Shown: in pieces, positions 18,851 to 28,963 of the stretch | How positions within the stretch are numbered: position 1 is the first letter of the stretch | Layout of the letters: every line of letters begins with the position of its first letter | Sequence record: PQ850605.1 | DNA length: 64,000 bases | Origin: Escherichia phage HansTraber_Bas100 | Strand: one strand, 5' to 3' | Position numbers and translations under genes: made by a program | Notes under the pieces: generated by a model | The model's database searches: none | What the model was told of the DNA's origin: nothing | Seen by the model: the letters and a program-made list of their open reading frames with translations, nothing else

Positions 18851-21589
18851 ATGCAAAAGTTTGACACAAACCTGTTGCAAAACCTTAAGTGGATGCAGAA
18901 CAATGCGCCAAACATCACATCTTTGGTGCAAAAGAAAAGTGACTGGTATGAAAGATACCAAGATCAGTTTTGGACTGACTGGTACAATAACATTTTTAAC
19001 ATTGACACTTGTGATGCAATGGGCATTTATATTTGGTGCGACATTCTTTGCATACCAAGAGACTTTGTGGACTTAAGCAATTATGAGCACAACTGGGCGT
19101 TTGGAACGACGCGCGACAACTTTGAAGGTGCGGACAACATCGGCGGCAACTTCTTTGGTGCTGGCGGGAAGGTTGTAAAGAATATCGAAGAAGCACGCAT
19201 ACTTCTTAAGCTTCGTTATCTGACGCTCACAAGTGATGGTCGCATCGAAAGTATCAACCGCATGCTTAAGTGGATTTTCAACCGTGGAGAGGCTTGGGAT
19301 TACTCTTCATCACGCTACGCATACGTGACCGACAACACTCAAGGCGCAGTATCTTCATCTGAATCAACAAATGGATCATTCCTTCTATACGACTGGCAGG
19401 GGTCAACTGAGATTCAGCACGATTATAAGCAGATACTTTTAAGCCATGGCAACAACGCCGGACTGACTATCAGCGGAGTGTCAGGCACCGTGTCACGGAT
19501 GGCGCACCCAGATTGGTACTCATGGGGGAATGGTTCCGGCACAGGTCTTGTCGGCGGCGACACAAGACAGTATGGCGGCCCTGATTACTATGGGCAGTTG
19601 TGTGGCGATTACCCAGGTGAGGCAATAGAGAATTTTGCCAACGCAGTAAGGGTCGTCAAGACGGCTTCAAGCGGTGAGCCTGTGTATTCTTTGGCCAATA
19701 ATCCAAGCGCACAGTCAATTGCCCTTCCTTCGCAGGCTGGCGTTAACGTTTGCTATAGCTTCTACATAAAGGTGCTTTCTGAAAACGTCGCTTCTGTTTC
19801 TGTTACAGAGAATAGTGATGCATCGAGTAATGGAAAGCTGTTTGACCCCGTCACTGGCCAGTTCAACTTGGACCCGTCATTGAGCTATTTCATCAAAGGC
19901 AAATTCGATGGAGTAAGAAGGGAATCAAACCGTGGTGGCATAAAAGCAATTGGCGGCGATTGGTATCGAATCTGGATTGTAGAGCAGACGGCAACCGCTG
20001 CTTCTGGAGTAAGTACCAGCTTTTCAATAGAGTTGAAGGCGACTGCCGCTGGATCAACTCAAACTCGTGAATTGCCTGAAGGGTCTGATGCTCTTTTGTT
20101 TGGATACTCGATTTGCGTCTGCGACCCTGTTCAGAATCCAAATGGACCTGAGCCTTATTTTTATGGAACGCAAAACCCTCCTTCTGACGGAATAGCAATC
20201 CTGTCTGTAACGGCGGGAACGCTCAATAACATCTCCTGTGCAAACGGACCGCTGACGACAAGAAACGGTGTAGTTGGCGAGTCATTCATGCAACCTGGCT
20301 CATCACTTGCATACTCTGGCTCAATCGGCGGCTACCCGTACCCAGGGAACGCCACGCTGATTGCAGAGACTGATGGAATCAGACGCTCATGGAACGTTAG
20401 CAGGCTGGATGGAGTACCGCCGCCGCCGACCGCCGACTATTACATGGAATACGTCATCGGACCTTATTTCGCCAACAACCTGTCTGACAACTTTAAGACG
20501 CTAGTTGGCGACAGGAATGAAGGATTCTTGCCAGCAAATGCCGGAATACGCTGGCAGCTTTACCAAGAAGTCGCAGACTTATCTGATATCGATTTGACTG
20601 TCAGCGACATAACAGACACGCGCGTAGGATTTGAAACGGAAGGTGTTGCGTGGATTAACACTGACGGCATCATCAGAGTTGGCGGCATTAACGAGTGGCC
20701 GCTGAACAACTTCAACGGTGTGATACGCCAGCTTGAATCTTTGAAAGGTGTAAACCAGGTCGTCGACGGCGCGCTTGTCAACGACTATTCAATCTCAAAA
20801 GCATCAAGAGATGACTTTGGTCGTGAAATACCACGCGCGGCAATCACTAACTATTGGCGCTACACACAGCCAAATGACGGTACATCTTTTGGCAATATCA
20901 TTGAGGATGGCGCAAACACTGTCACAGCGACGCCAATCAGCGGTGCGCCCAACCAGTTCCCATCATTCAAGCTTTCCGCTACAATAGGGACTGTGCCAGC
21001 GTCCGGTTATGCACGCGCTGTACTTGCTACTAAATACACTGGCACCCTGACTGGCCCTTTGTCATTTATCGCAATAGTCAAAAACAACACGGTTAACGGT
21101 CAAAAACTTTTTGTAACTGTACCGGATGGGATGGGCAGCTATATCCCTAAATTCTACAACATAGGCGCAGGTGATTTGCAACGTATCGAAATCGACCTTG
21201 GCGCTGAGATTGTTGAAGGCGCTACCTGGGATGGATCAACAGGCGGCATCAGCATCGGTTTGATATCAGGGAAAGACTTGCCGACCGAAGTTGGTACGAC
21301 TCTTGAACTTGATATTTTAAGCTTGATGCTTGTGTCTGGTAGTACGATGAATGCGCTTGCAATTTCAACAAGCGAAGATTTCGCAAAGAAAACTGCGACT
21401 TCTATATACATCAAAAACCCAGGATCACTTGCCACTGGAGTTCAATTGATTGCTTCTAATGGTGATGTTGTAGCAACAGTAAACTTTCCGAGAAGTGCTG
21501 CTGGTGGTTATGTTTCAAGCATGAACATAACTGACTTAACTGGTGATTGGGCATCAACCCTTTTATCAAAAATTAAATACATCGTGTAG
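18851..21589 (+). CDS. baseplate wedge / tail fibre protein (gpI-like N-terminus)
   Basis: 912 aa; Trp/Asp-rich N-terminal ~90 aa followed by a long Gly/Ser/Thr-rich region typical of fibres. Confidence 0.5.
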   Translation: MQKFDTNLLQNLKWMQNNAPNITSLVQKKSDWYERYQDQFWTDWYNNIFNIDTCDAMGIYIWCDILCIPRDFVDLSNYEHNWAFGTTRDNFEGADNIGGNFFGAGGKVVKNIEEARILLKLRYLTLTSDGRIESINRMLKWIFNRGEAWDYSSSRYAYVTDNTQGAVSSSESTNGSFLLYDWQGSTEIQHDYKQILLSHGNNAGLTISGVSGTVSRMAHPDWYSWGNGSGTGLVGGDTRQYGGPDYYGQLCGDYPGEAIENFANAVRVVKTASSGEPVYSLANNPSAQSIALPSQAGVNVCYSFYIKVLSENVASVSVTENSDASSNGKLFDPVTGQFNLDPSLSYFIKGKFDGVRRESNRGGIKAIGGDWYRIWIVEQTATAASGVSTSFSIELKATAAGSTQTRELPEGSDALLFGYSICVCDPVQNPNGPEPYFYGTQNPPSDGIAILSVTAGTLNNISCANGPLTTRNGVVGESFMQPGSSLAYSGSIGGYPYPGNATLIAETDGIRRSWNVSRLDGVPPPPTADYYMEYVIGPYFANNLSDNFKTLVGDRNEGFLPANAGIRWQLYQEVADLSDIDLTVSDITDTRVGFETEGVAWINTDGIIRVGGINEWPLNNFNGVIRQLESLKGVNQVVDGALVNDYSISKASRDDFGREIPRAAITNYWRYTQPNDGTSFGNIIEDGANTVTATPISGAPNQFPSFKLSATIGTVPASGYARAVLATKYTGTLTGPLSFIAIVKNNTVNGQKLFVTVPDGMGSYIPKFYNIGAGDLQRIEIDLGAEIVEGATWDGSTGGISIGLISGKDLPTEVGTTLELDILSLMLVSGSTMNALAISTSEDFAKKTATSIYIKNPGSLATGVQLIASNGDVVATVNFPRSAAGGYVSSMNITDLTGDWASTLLSKIKYIV

Positions 21590-21599
21590 AGGAACGGCA

Positions 21600-23387
21600 A
21601 TGCCAACACTTATTAACAGACCTTTCGCGCAAAGCGGTGATGTATCCGTGGTGCCGGATGCAAGTCCAAGCGGTTATGTGAACTTCCAGCGCGGCTACAC
21701 CCCTGACTATGCACTTGCGCTGGAAGCCGGAAACGTCGCCGCGAAAGCAGTTGAACGTGAGTCGATGAACTGGTTGCTGAATCTGATCACCGACAACCTT
21801 ATGTTCATCCAGGACCACGGCGCTCAACAGTATTTCTCGTCTGACTTGAAGCCAGATGGATACCCGAAAAATGCCATCGTTGTCAGCAACTCTGGCACCC
21901 CTTCAGCGCCTGAATGGCGCATTTTCCAGAGTGTGGTAGACGGCAACACCAGCGCAGTCCCAGCTAACGGCGAAACAGAATCTTGGCAGGAATTGACGCT
22001 GCCTAGCGAAGCGAGAAAATATATTCCTATGCCTGCTGGCGGCGATGCGCAAAACCCGTATTTTGTTCGCGGACTGATTTCAAACTTTGTGGACTTTGAT
22101 AATATCACGACTTCCACAACTATTGTCATTCAATCTGATGCCGTTGCCGCTCTCTGCTCTAACATCCCGAACGCGGTTGGTGCGACGAAGGTTGCAGGTC
22201 GTCTCCAGGTTTGCGCTTGGCAGGTTGATGCGCAGACTTTCGCCCTGCAACAATACACGTCAATGAACGGATATGTTTTCACCCGCTCTTATACGTCTGG
22301 TGCTTGGAGTGCTTGGATTCAAAATGCAACTGTTCAAGATGTGCAAATCGGCACGCCGAATCTTGCATCAGGTAAAGGCGCACAAGATATAATCCTTACC
22401 GTTCCGGCAGGTTATGCATGGCCGCCGTCAGCAGGTAGTCGCCTGACAATTGTCAATGATGTAACGACTACCGGACCTGTTACCGTGACCATTGGTGCAA
22501 ACAAAGTTGCAGTCCTTGGATTCGACGGCGGCGAGCTGCCAGCAGGGTCCATCGTCGGGCTTCTTCCTTTTACTATTATTTATGACGGCACCGTTTGGCG
22601 TCTTCTTCAAGCATTCGGCGCGGCGCAAATCGGTGTCGATGCTAGTGAGCCGCAACAGTTTGTTACAAAGCGCCAACTCGATGCTTTGGCCGCGAAGTTG
22701 ATCACTATGGGTGATGTGTTCGAAGTCGGTGAGACTCGATTCTTGACTAATGGCACCAACCCAAATACTAAACTGGGCGCTTACGGTCAGGTATGGACCA
22801 GATTGCCTGATAACATGGTCATCAGGACGTCTGGCACGGCAAGAAACGGTCTTGACACTGGAGGTGCAGACTCTGTTACTCTTACTGCCGCCATGCTTCC
22901 TCTGCACAATCACAGCGTGAACATAACTACGCGACAAAGTGGTCCATGGTCCAATACCACTGGAGACGCAGGCAACCATAACCACACAGGCGATACCAGT
23001 CAAAACGGTGCTCACGTGCACGGAATGGATTCAGCAGGCAACCACCACCATGACAGTAGCTGGGGTGAAGCAAATACGAATGATGCGCGGTATGGCGTGT
23101 ATGATGGGACGCACAACAACTTCGGAAGTCGAAAGGGCGGCGACTGGGACAACTATAAATACAACACCTCAACTAACGGCAACCACGTTCACAATATTCA
23201 ATCTTCTGGGTCACACACTCATGGGTTGAATATAAATTACGCTGGCAATCACAGCCATGGATATACCCTCCCCGCTCACACTCACGATGTGGTCGGTAAC
23301 ACTGGCGATGCAGGGCAGTCCGTCCCAACGGCTGTTTCAACTCTGCCGCGATATGTCGTCTTGAACGGCTGGTACAGAAGCGCATAA
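21600..23387 (+). CDS. long tail fibre distal protein with His-x-His repeats (T4 gp37-like tip)
   Basis: ATG at 21600 with GAGGA RBS; C-terminal region carries repeated H-x-H motifs (HNHTGD, HVHGMD, NHHHD, HVHNIQ, HTHGL, HSHGY, HTHDV). Confidence 0.55.
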   Translation: MPTLINRPFAQSGDVSVVPDASPSGYVNFQRGYTPDYALALEAGNVAAKAVERESMNWLLNLITDNLMFIQDHGAQQYFSSDLKPDGYPKNAIVVSNSGTPSAPEWRIFQSVVDGNTSAVPANGETESWQELTLPSEARKYIPMPAGGDAQNPYFVRGLISNFVDFDNITTSTTIVIQSDAVAALCSNIPNAVGATKVAGRLQVCAWQVDAQTFALQQYTSMNGYVFTRSYTSGAWSAWIQNATVQDVQIGTPNLASGKGAQDIILTVPAGYAWPPSAGSRLTIVNDVTTTGPVTVTIGANKVAVLGFDGGELPAGSIVGLLPFTIIYDGTVWRLLQAFGAAQIGVDASEPQQFVTKRQLDALAAKLITMGDVFEVGETRFLTNGTNPNTKLGAYGQVWTRLPDNMVIRTSGTARNGLDTGGADSVTLTAAMLPLHNHSVNITTRQSGPWSNTTGDAGNHNHTGDTSQNGAHVHGMDSAGNHHHDSSWGEANTNDARYGVYDGTHNNFGSRKGGDWDNYKYNTSTNGNHVHNIQSSGSHTHGLNINYAGNHSHGYTLPAHTHDVVGNTGDAGQSVPTAVSTLPRYVVLNGWYRSA

Positions 23388-23395
23388 GGTGATTT

Positions 23396-24040
23396 ATGAT
23401 TAATGCAAACGTAATATCTAAAGGGACCGGATGCAGCATGGATGTTGCTGAAAAATGGGTCGACCCCTTCAAGCAGGCTTGTGAGCACTACGGAATCAAA
23501 AGCAAGAATGCCATCGCTGCGCTGCTTGCAAACGTAGGAGTGGAAACAGGCAGTCTGAAGACCTTTGTGGAAAATCTGAATTATTCCGCTCAAGGTCTTG
23601 CTAATACGTGGCCTAGCCGTTACAGCGCCAGCGGTCGTTTCGGTGGCGCACCAAACTCCTTGGCATTGTCGATTGCCCGTAAACCAATGGAAATCGCCAA
23701 TAATACATATGCAAACCGAATGGGAAATGGTTCGGTAGCATCTGGCGACGGTTGGAAGTACCGTGGCCGTGGTGCCATTCAGCTGACTGGAAAGGATAAC
23801 TATGCAGAGTATTCAAAGCAATCAGGGTATGACGCATTGAATAACCCTGACATTTTGACTGAGCCGAAATACATTGCTGACAGCGCGGCATGGTTCTTCA
23901 AGAACAGCGGTTGCATTCCACTTGCCGATGCGGGCGCATTTGATTCGACCGTGAAGCGGATTAACGGGGCCGCGCCAAATACGGCTAACCATGGGGATTT
24001 GCGACGAAAGCGTTACAAGGAAGCACTAGCAGTTATGTAA
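23396..24040 (+). CDS. endolysin, glycoside hydrolase family 19 (chitinase-like) fold
   Basis: WKYRGRGAIQLTGKDNY matches the GH19 Y-R-G-R-G-x-I-Q-L-T signature; follows the tail fibre genes. Confidence 0.7.
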   Translation: MINANVISKGTGCSMDVAEKWVDPFKQACEHYGIKSKNAIAALLANVGVETGSLKTFVENLNYSAQGLANTWPSRYSASGRFGGAPNSLALSIARKPMEIANNTYANRMGNGSVASGDGWKYRGRGAIQLTGKDNYAEYSKQSGYDALNNPDILTEPKYIADSAAWFFKNSGCIPLADAGAFDSTVKRINGAAPNTANHGDLRRKRYKEALAVM

Positions 24041-24065
24041 GAAAAAGGCCCATATGGGCCTTTGT

Positions 24066-24296
24066 TTATTTTACGGCTTCAACCTGGACGGGCGGCGCGG
24101 AACTTGTATCGATGTCTGGCAAGTCGAAGTAATACCCCGCCATGCCAATCACGCCAACAATCGCGGCCCGTGCCACCTTGTTGCTAATTGACTCCCCAAT
24201 AAGCTTTACCAACAGGGACAAGATTTGAGACGTCAAAGCCTTTTTCAGCCTTTTGTTTTCTTCCAAATCTTTCTGCATAACTACCACCCATGTCAA
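24066..24296 (-). CDS. small membrane protein (holin candidate)
   Basis: 76 aa; one hydrophobic segment AAIVGVIGMAGYYF; convergent with the endolysin gene. Confidence 0.35.
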   Translation of the reverse strand: MTWVVVMQKDLEENKRLKKALTSQILSLLVKLIGESISNKVARAAIVGVIGMAGYYFDLPDIDTSSAPPVQVEAVK

Positions 24297-24835
24297 CGCA
24301 CATCCTGTGTCTTAACATTACCTGAAGCATCTCTTAATGGCAGTGGATAGTAGGCCATTTGGTAGTCTGATACGCCTTCAACATGATAAAACACGATTAC
24401 GTCTTTGCTGTTGATGAGCATGTTAACGACATCTGATTTATCTTCTGGAGTGAGTATGAGTGCGCCGCCTGTCCTGCTGTCTACTGCAACAGGGTATGTC
24501 TTATCGACAAGGCCGCTGTCCAATGTATTATACCTGACAACGATTTCAGGGGCATCAACTTTTGCAATTGACATTCCGAACACAAACGACACGACTTGGC
24601 GACCGCGATCATTCATTACGCACATCTTTTCCTTGTCAAACCTTTCCTTTATCACATCGTATTTATTCCAGCAAAATTCGAACGATTGGCCGTTGTTAAA
24701 ATATCTCGTTAACACTTTGGCATTACTATTTGGCGGCGTAAACATACTTTCAGCCGCTGCACTTTTGGTGAAGAACAAAACTGTCAGCATAGCCATGATG
24801 ATGATCAAAACAATCTTTAAGTTTTTCGATTTCAT
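24293..24835 (-). CDS. secreted protein with N-terminal signal peptide
   Basis: N-terminus MKSKNLKIVLIIIMAMLTVLFFTKSAAAE is a signal-peptide-like segment. Confidence 0.4.
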   Translation of the reverse strand: MKSKNLKIVLIIIMAMLTVLFFTKSAAAESMFTPPNSNAKVLTRYFNNGQSFEFCWNKYDVIKERFDKEKMCVMNDRGRQVVSFVFGMSIAKVDAPEIVVRYNTLDSGLVDKTYPVAVDSRTGGALILTPEDKSDVVNMLINSKDVIVFYHVEGVSDYQMAYYPLPLRDASGNVKTQDVR

Positions 24836-24910
24836 TATAATTCACCTTTTGATTACGAATATTAATAGTATAGGCCGAAGGTTTTGAAAGTAAATAAGGC
24901 GAAAGGTAAA

Positions 24911-24940
24911 TAAAAGAAAAGCCGGAGATTTCCGGCTTTA
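24911..24940. terminator. bidirectional rho-independent terminator (GCCGGAGATTTCCGGC)
   Basis: Perfect 6-bp stem with A-run upstream and TTTA downstream; downstream of ligase gene on the - strand. Confidence 0.55.
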
Positions 24941-25011
24941 TGTATACACTGTATATTAAATTCTATAAAACGACGCGATAGATTATCCGCACCAATTACT
25001 TATCTAGTGTC

Positions 25012-25989
25012 TTAAAAATACTCCATATCGGTAATATCACGGAAGCATTTATACAAAGCAGAGCGCGGCACGTCGACGATGCCAAAGTTAAAGAATTTAT
25101 ACGTTAGGTATTTATCGCGATAGTTCTCGCGATTCTCCCAAAGCATTTTACGCTCTGCCATAGGCATTGAACCAGCGGAGACGCGGAAAGGAATCATTTC
25201 ACCTTTCTCATCCACATATTTTGGATTGACGACTACGAATGAGCCAAGGTATCCTTTCGCAACTAAACCTTCAGCCTCTTTTGAACGCTTGGTGCGACCC
25301 AATTCGTCAATGAATGCTTCGTTGTTGTTCTCCATCATCTCAACGAAGTCTATGATCAACCCTTCTTCATCGGTCCACGGCTTGTCCTTCCACACATCAC
25401 GTGACTTCGGCGTCGCGCGGCCATGCTTATATTTGCCCGTCCAAGACTTGCCATACAAGCCTTCATAGCCAAGCTGGTCTGCTTCGATTTGCATTGCCGC
25501 GTACTGGTCCATATTTTCGATGTTGCGATATTCGAGAGCGCGAAGGAATGGACGTCGGCCATGGTCAATGAGATGTTGATTGACCTCAGCAACACGTCGA
25601 TTGTACTTCTCATAACGGGCCGAGAATGGCAAATCAGGTTCGCTAAAGTCATCAAACACCCACCATGTAAAGTTAGTGATTGCATCAGTGTTCATGCATG
25701 CAGTATAGGCCTGTTGCATGACGTTCTTGTCATTTGGATTGCCGTCGATTAGCTCTCCATCAAGTCCGTGAATTAATTCACCCAAGAAGAGGAACTCTTT
25801 TTTGATTTGAATGTTGCGCAGCGCCATGCCGGACGTGCCCATTGGCAAGTTGTCATACGCCATTGCGCGTATGCCATCGACCTTGAATGACAATCCGCAA
25901 GGCAGCGGCACGTCTTCGCCGCGCTCGATTATTTGCTTACGCTGGCAACCCTTCATTGGTTTTAATGCTTTGATTTCTCCTGCCATCAC
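25012..25989 (-). CDS. ATP-dependent DNA ligase
   Basis: Adenylation motif FKVDGIRA (K-x-DG) near the N-terminus, followed by DGELIDG, EGLYGK and KDK motifs. Confidence 0.6.
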   Translation of the reverse strand: MMAGEIKALKPMKGCQRKQIIERGEDVPLPCGLSFKVDGIRAMAYDNLPMGTSGMALRNIQIKKEFLFLGELIHGLDGELIDGNPNDKNVMQQAYTACMNTDAITNFTWWVFDDFSEPDLPFSARYEKYNRRVAEVNQHLIDHGRRPFLRALEYRNIENMDQYAAMQIEADQLGYEGLYGKSWTGKYKHGRATPKSRDVWKDKPWTDEEGLIIDFVEMMENNNEAFIDELGRTKRSKEAEGLVAKGYLGSFVVVNPKYVDEKGEMIPFRVSAGSMPMAERKMLWENRENYRDKYLTYKFFNFGIVDVPRSALYKCFRDITDMEYF

Positions 25990-26579
25990 TCAAACTCCTT
26001 ATTCATCACTTGTTCCAGCGCATAGGCGTAATCCTGATCAGTCGATTTGATAAACGTGCCGTTGTACATGACGCCTTTGCGGTCTTTGATGTCTTCGTAG
26101 GCAGCTTGCGCACAGTCGGATAAGCGAAGGCCATAATCATGAGCTACGCCGGAAAGGTAATCGACTGCGGCCATGATGTTGACGTCAATATCCATGGTTT
26201 GATTCTTGGCAATAGCATCACCAAGTCGTCCAAGGGTCTTTGCCAGGCGAAGGATAAATGAATGAGGGTGAGCGCCTTTATCAGCGCAACCGCCGCCATT
26301 AATGTTTTCGATTTCAGCACCGTTTTGCGCTGCCAGGATGGTCAACACAACAAGGCAATCGCCAATGTCGTCCTTAATTGCAGCTTGCAAGTCACAGATG
26401 GCCTGCTCTGTATATCCAATTTCAGGGTCGAAGAACACAAGGTCATGGAGTTGATCAACGTGGTCGGTTAACTCCCCAAACTCGCTGATAAGCTTCGGGT
26501 ATTGGTCCTTAAGGTCGCAACCTTGGATGATGTTACGGTCAGAAGCCCACTGGCGAATGTTTGCATAAATCTGTTTCAT
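25986..26579 (-). CDS. mazG: MazG-like nucleoside triphosphate pyrophosphohydrolase
   Basis: LISEFGELTDHVD and IKDDIGDCLVVLTILA match the MazG E-x-x-E-L-x-D / D-x-x-G-D helical motifs. Confidence 0.5.
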   Translation of the reverse strand: MKQIYANIRQWASDRNIIQGCDLKDQYPKLISEFGELTDHVDQLHDLVFFDPEIGYTEQAICDLQAAIKDDIGDCLVVLTILAAQNGAEIENINGGGCADKGAHPHSFILRLAKTLGRLGDAIAKNQTMDIDVNIMAAVDYLSGVAHDYGLRLSDCAQAAYEDIKDRKGVMYNGTFIKSTDQDYAYALEQVMNKEFE

Positions 26580-27094
26580 TTATTTTCCTTTGATGCATTG
26601 AATTGATCGATTTTTATTTTAGCCTGATTATAAGTATCAATCAAGCTATTAACTTTCTCTTTTAATCGATTTGTTTCTGCGGCGAACTGAACAAGAAATC
26701 TGACATCTTCTTCTGATAGTCCACAGTTTCCTTCTGGGATAGAGAGGCGTCCAGTGGTCGCAGAGTCGGGCACACTCCTGAGTAACTCACGGGAGCAGCT
26801 GAGTTGCTCGCGCAGCTTGATATTCCCAGACTTGTAACGAGCAATAGTGTCATCAGCAACCAGTTGCGCTTCCTGGCGACCTTTCTCATATGCCGATGCC
26901 GATTCAACCTGTAAAGATGCAATTTGCTCTTCGAGTGCATTTATCTTGTCCTTACGCTCATTAAGCGATGTCAGATATTGATTATCCTTGGCCAGTGATG
27001 CGTTGGTTTGCTGCAGGTCTTCAACGTATGATCCAGCGGCGAACGCGCCAACAAGGGCCAGAATCTTCAGGAGCGGTACAATTCTTTCTATCAT
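26576..27094 (-). CDS. i-spanin (Rz-like)
   Basis: N-terminal transmembrane segment IVPLLKILALVGAFAAGSY followed by a long coiled-coil-like region; contains an embedded out-of-frame lipoprotein ORF. Confidence 0.45.
   Translation of the reverse strand: MIERIVPLLKILALVGAFAAGSYVEDLQQTNASLAKDNQYLTSLNERKDKINALEEQIASLQVESASAYEKGRQEAQLVADDTIARYKSGNIKLREQLSCSRELLRSVPDSATTGRLSIPEGNCGLSEEDVRFLVQFAAETNRLKEKVNSLIDTYNQAKIKIDQFNASKENK
26662..26853 (-). CDS. o-spanin (Rz1-like lipoprotein) embedded in the i-spanin gene
   Basis: 63-aa ORF in a different frame inside 26576..27094; N-terminus MTLLLVTSLGISSC has a lipobox-like I-S-S-C; Pro-containing mature region. Confidence 0.35.
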   Translation of the reverse strand: MTLLLVTSLGISSCASNSAAPVSYSGVCPTLRPLDASLSQKETVDYQKKMSDFLFSSPQKQID

Positions 27095-27106
27095 GATGCA
27101 CCAGAT

Positions 27107-27132
27107 AAATAAAAGGCCGCCAATCGGCAGCC
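27107..27132 (-). terminator. rho-independent terminator downstream of SSB-like gene
   Basis: On the - strand GGCTGCCGATTGGCGGCC hairpin followed by TTTTATTT. Confidence 0.45.
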
Positions 27133-27151
27133 TTGTTGATTTGATTGTCGA

Positions 27152-28012
27152 TTAAAACTCTTCTGCGTCGGTCGGAGTTTCATTGACAGGACCAGCGGCA
27201 CCGCTTGCTTCTTCCTGCTTGCTGCGGTCAATGTTAACGTTGCCGCCAACTACGTCGTTGTGGAATGCTTTAGCGACTTCGTACAGACCTTTATCCTGCA
27301 CCAGACCTTCCAGCTCAAACTTAAGAACTGACCAGGTGTTGCCGTCTTTGGACTGAGATGCAGTGCCCATGCGAACAATGTTCATAAAGGTCGGCGGCGT
27401 TTTCAGACCCTGCGGAGTCTGAACTTTCTTCTGCTGCAGAGCGGTCATCAGCATGCGAGACGGCTTGATCATGGAAGAAGTCAGAGACAGCATTGCGCTA
27501 CCAAATTCACCAGTTTCTTCGTTCAACAGAATTACGAAGTGGTTGCGTGTATCTGCGTAGTAAGGCGATTTCTTCTCGTGCACCTTGCCGTTTTCGTCCG
27601 GCACGAATACCTTACCGTTGATCTCAACAGCGCGGCCTGCCGCGACTTCTGCATCAACGTGCTCTTTGGTGAATTCACCTTTAAAGCCTTTATCGTCGGA
27701 CTCGCGACCGCCCCAAAGGATGAAGGTGCGTTTGAATGCGCAAGGGATGATCTGCACGCCTTTCTTGCCGTCATACAACTCACCAGTAACGGTGTTGTAA
27801 AGCATGCCAGCTTTTGCACCAGGAACGTGTTTTGGATCATCTTCGTCGACCATAGGAGACATCTTCTGCAGGACGACGATAAAAGGAATGGCATACGCAT
27901 CGGCATCGGCACCTTCAAAACCAGCGCCAAAATCGGTCATGTCGACAAAATCAGCCATAGCGGACATCTGGGTGTTTTTCACTGCAACTTCGGTAGTTTC
28001 TTTCTTAGACAT
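27152..28012 (-). CDS. single-stranded DNA-binding protein (T7 gp2.5-like, tentative)
   Basis: 286 aa ending in an acidic tail with terminal Phe (ETPTDAEEF), as in gp2.5-type SSBs; replication module. Confidence 0.4.
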   Translation of the reverse strand: MSKKETTEVAVKNTQMSAMADFVDMTDFGAGFEGADADAYAIPFIVVLQKMSPMVDEDDPKHVPGAKAGMLYNTVTGELYDGKKGVQIIPCAFKRTFILWGGRESDDKGFKGEFTKEHVDAEVAAGRAVEINGKVFVPDENGKVHEKKSPYYADTRNHFVILLNEETGEFGSAMLSLTSSMIKPSRMLMTALQQKKVQTPQGLKTPPTFMNIVRMGTASQSKDGNTWSVLKFELEGLVQDKGLYEVAKAFHNDVVGGNVNIDRSKQEEASGAAGPVNETPTDAEEF

Positions 28013-28071
28013 TTGATATTTTCCTATAGTATCAAGTTTCGTGGCAACCTGATTTCAAGATAAAGGTTAAA

Positions 28072-28629
28072 TTACTTTTTGCTTTTAGGCAAGGTTATTT
28101 TAGCTTCTTTGTATTCAAAAACGCTAATATCTTCACTAACTGGATTGCCCGCTTCCAGCTGTTCTTTTACAAACGACTTCAGTGTAGCAGAATGAACGCC
28201 TTGTTTCAACGTGGCTTCAACACCATCTTCACGCAGCGCGGCAACAATCTCTTGCGCCTGTTCGATTTCTTCGCGACCGAACTCAGCCGTGACGCTGGAC
28301 TTGATCAAGCCGCCGTAACCGTTGTTGACAAGCCAATCGAAAACTTTTAATTCGTTTTCTTTCTTGATTGAAGCGTTCACCTTGGACTCGACCTTGATTT
28401 TGGTCTTGTCCTCAAGCTTGATTTCGGACACACCAAGCTCATCCATAACGCCAGGAAGCAGAACAGTTTTGATTTCACTGATGCGCTGCTTTTGCATATC
28501 AGCTTCATCTTCAAGCTCTGTCAAAGCCTCTTGGCGTTCTGCCAGTTCAGATACTAAGCGCGCAAGGCGCTCTTGAATGCTCTCAGGAGCGACCTGCGGC
28601 AAATCATCTTCCCAATTAATATTGCTCAT
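28072..28629 (-). CDS. hypothetical replication/recombination-module protein
   Basis: ORF track; acidic coiled-coil-like N-terminus. Confidence 0.4.
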   Translation of the reverse strand: MSNINWEDDLPQVAPESIQERLARLVSELAERQEALTELEDEADMQKQRISEIKTVLLPGVMDELGVSEIKLEDKTKIKVESKVNASIKKENELKVFDWLVNNGYGGLIKSSVTAEFGREEIEQAQEIVAALREDGVEATLKQGVHSATLKSFVKEQLEAGNPVSEDISVFEYKEAKITLPKSKK

Positions 28630-28889
28630 ATTTTACCTTCTTGCATTAGCCCTTCAACACGGGTCATTTGATAACGTTCAGGTTTCCAAGCCGCCAAAGC
28701 CTTCTCAGCGCCTTTTAAGGTTTTATATGCCTTGATGCCAGGCATAATAACGGTATTCACCCCAGCACCGTTGCCATAATCAAACTCTTTAACAACGCGG
28801 AACATCCCGTCAATTTCTTTGACCAAAAGACGTTTGAAAGCGATTGCGCCAGTAGCTTCATTTTTGTAACGTTCAAGGATGCGTACCAT
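28626..28889 (-). CDS. hypothetical protein
   Basis: ORF track; translationally coupled to flanking genes. Confidence 0.4.
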   Translation of the reverse strand: MVRILERYKNEATGAIAFKRLLVKEIDGMFRVVKEFDYGNGAGVNTVIMPGIKAYKTLKGAEKALAAWKPERYQMTRVEGLMQEGKI

Positions 28890-28963
28890 TTTGTATTCCT
28901 CTGTTTCGTTTCGATGAAGTAATTATGACTCATCTTCCGTGACAAGTCAAATTATTTTTGATA

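Noticed and set aside
22428-23021. 197-aa - strand ORF inside the tail fibre gene
   Set aside because: Antisense to the His-x-His repeat fibre gene.
25986-26579. 2-aminoadenine (Z-genome) pathway suggested by the MazG-like gene
   Set aside because: No PurZ-like adenylosuccinate synthetase homolog or HD-domain dATPase was recognised in the window.
27539-28063. 174-aa + strand ORF overlapping the SSB-like gene
   Set aside because: Antisense to a - strand operon gene; no translation signals.
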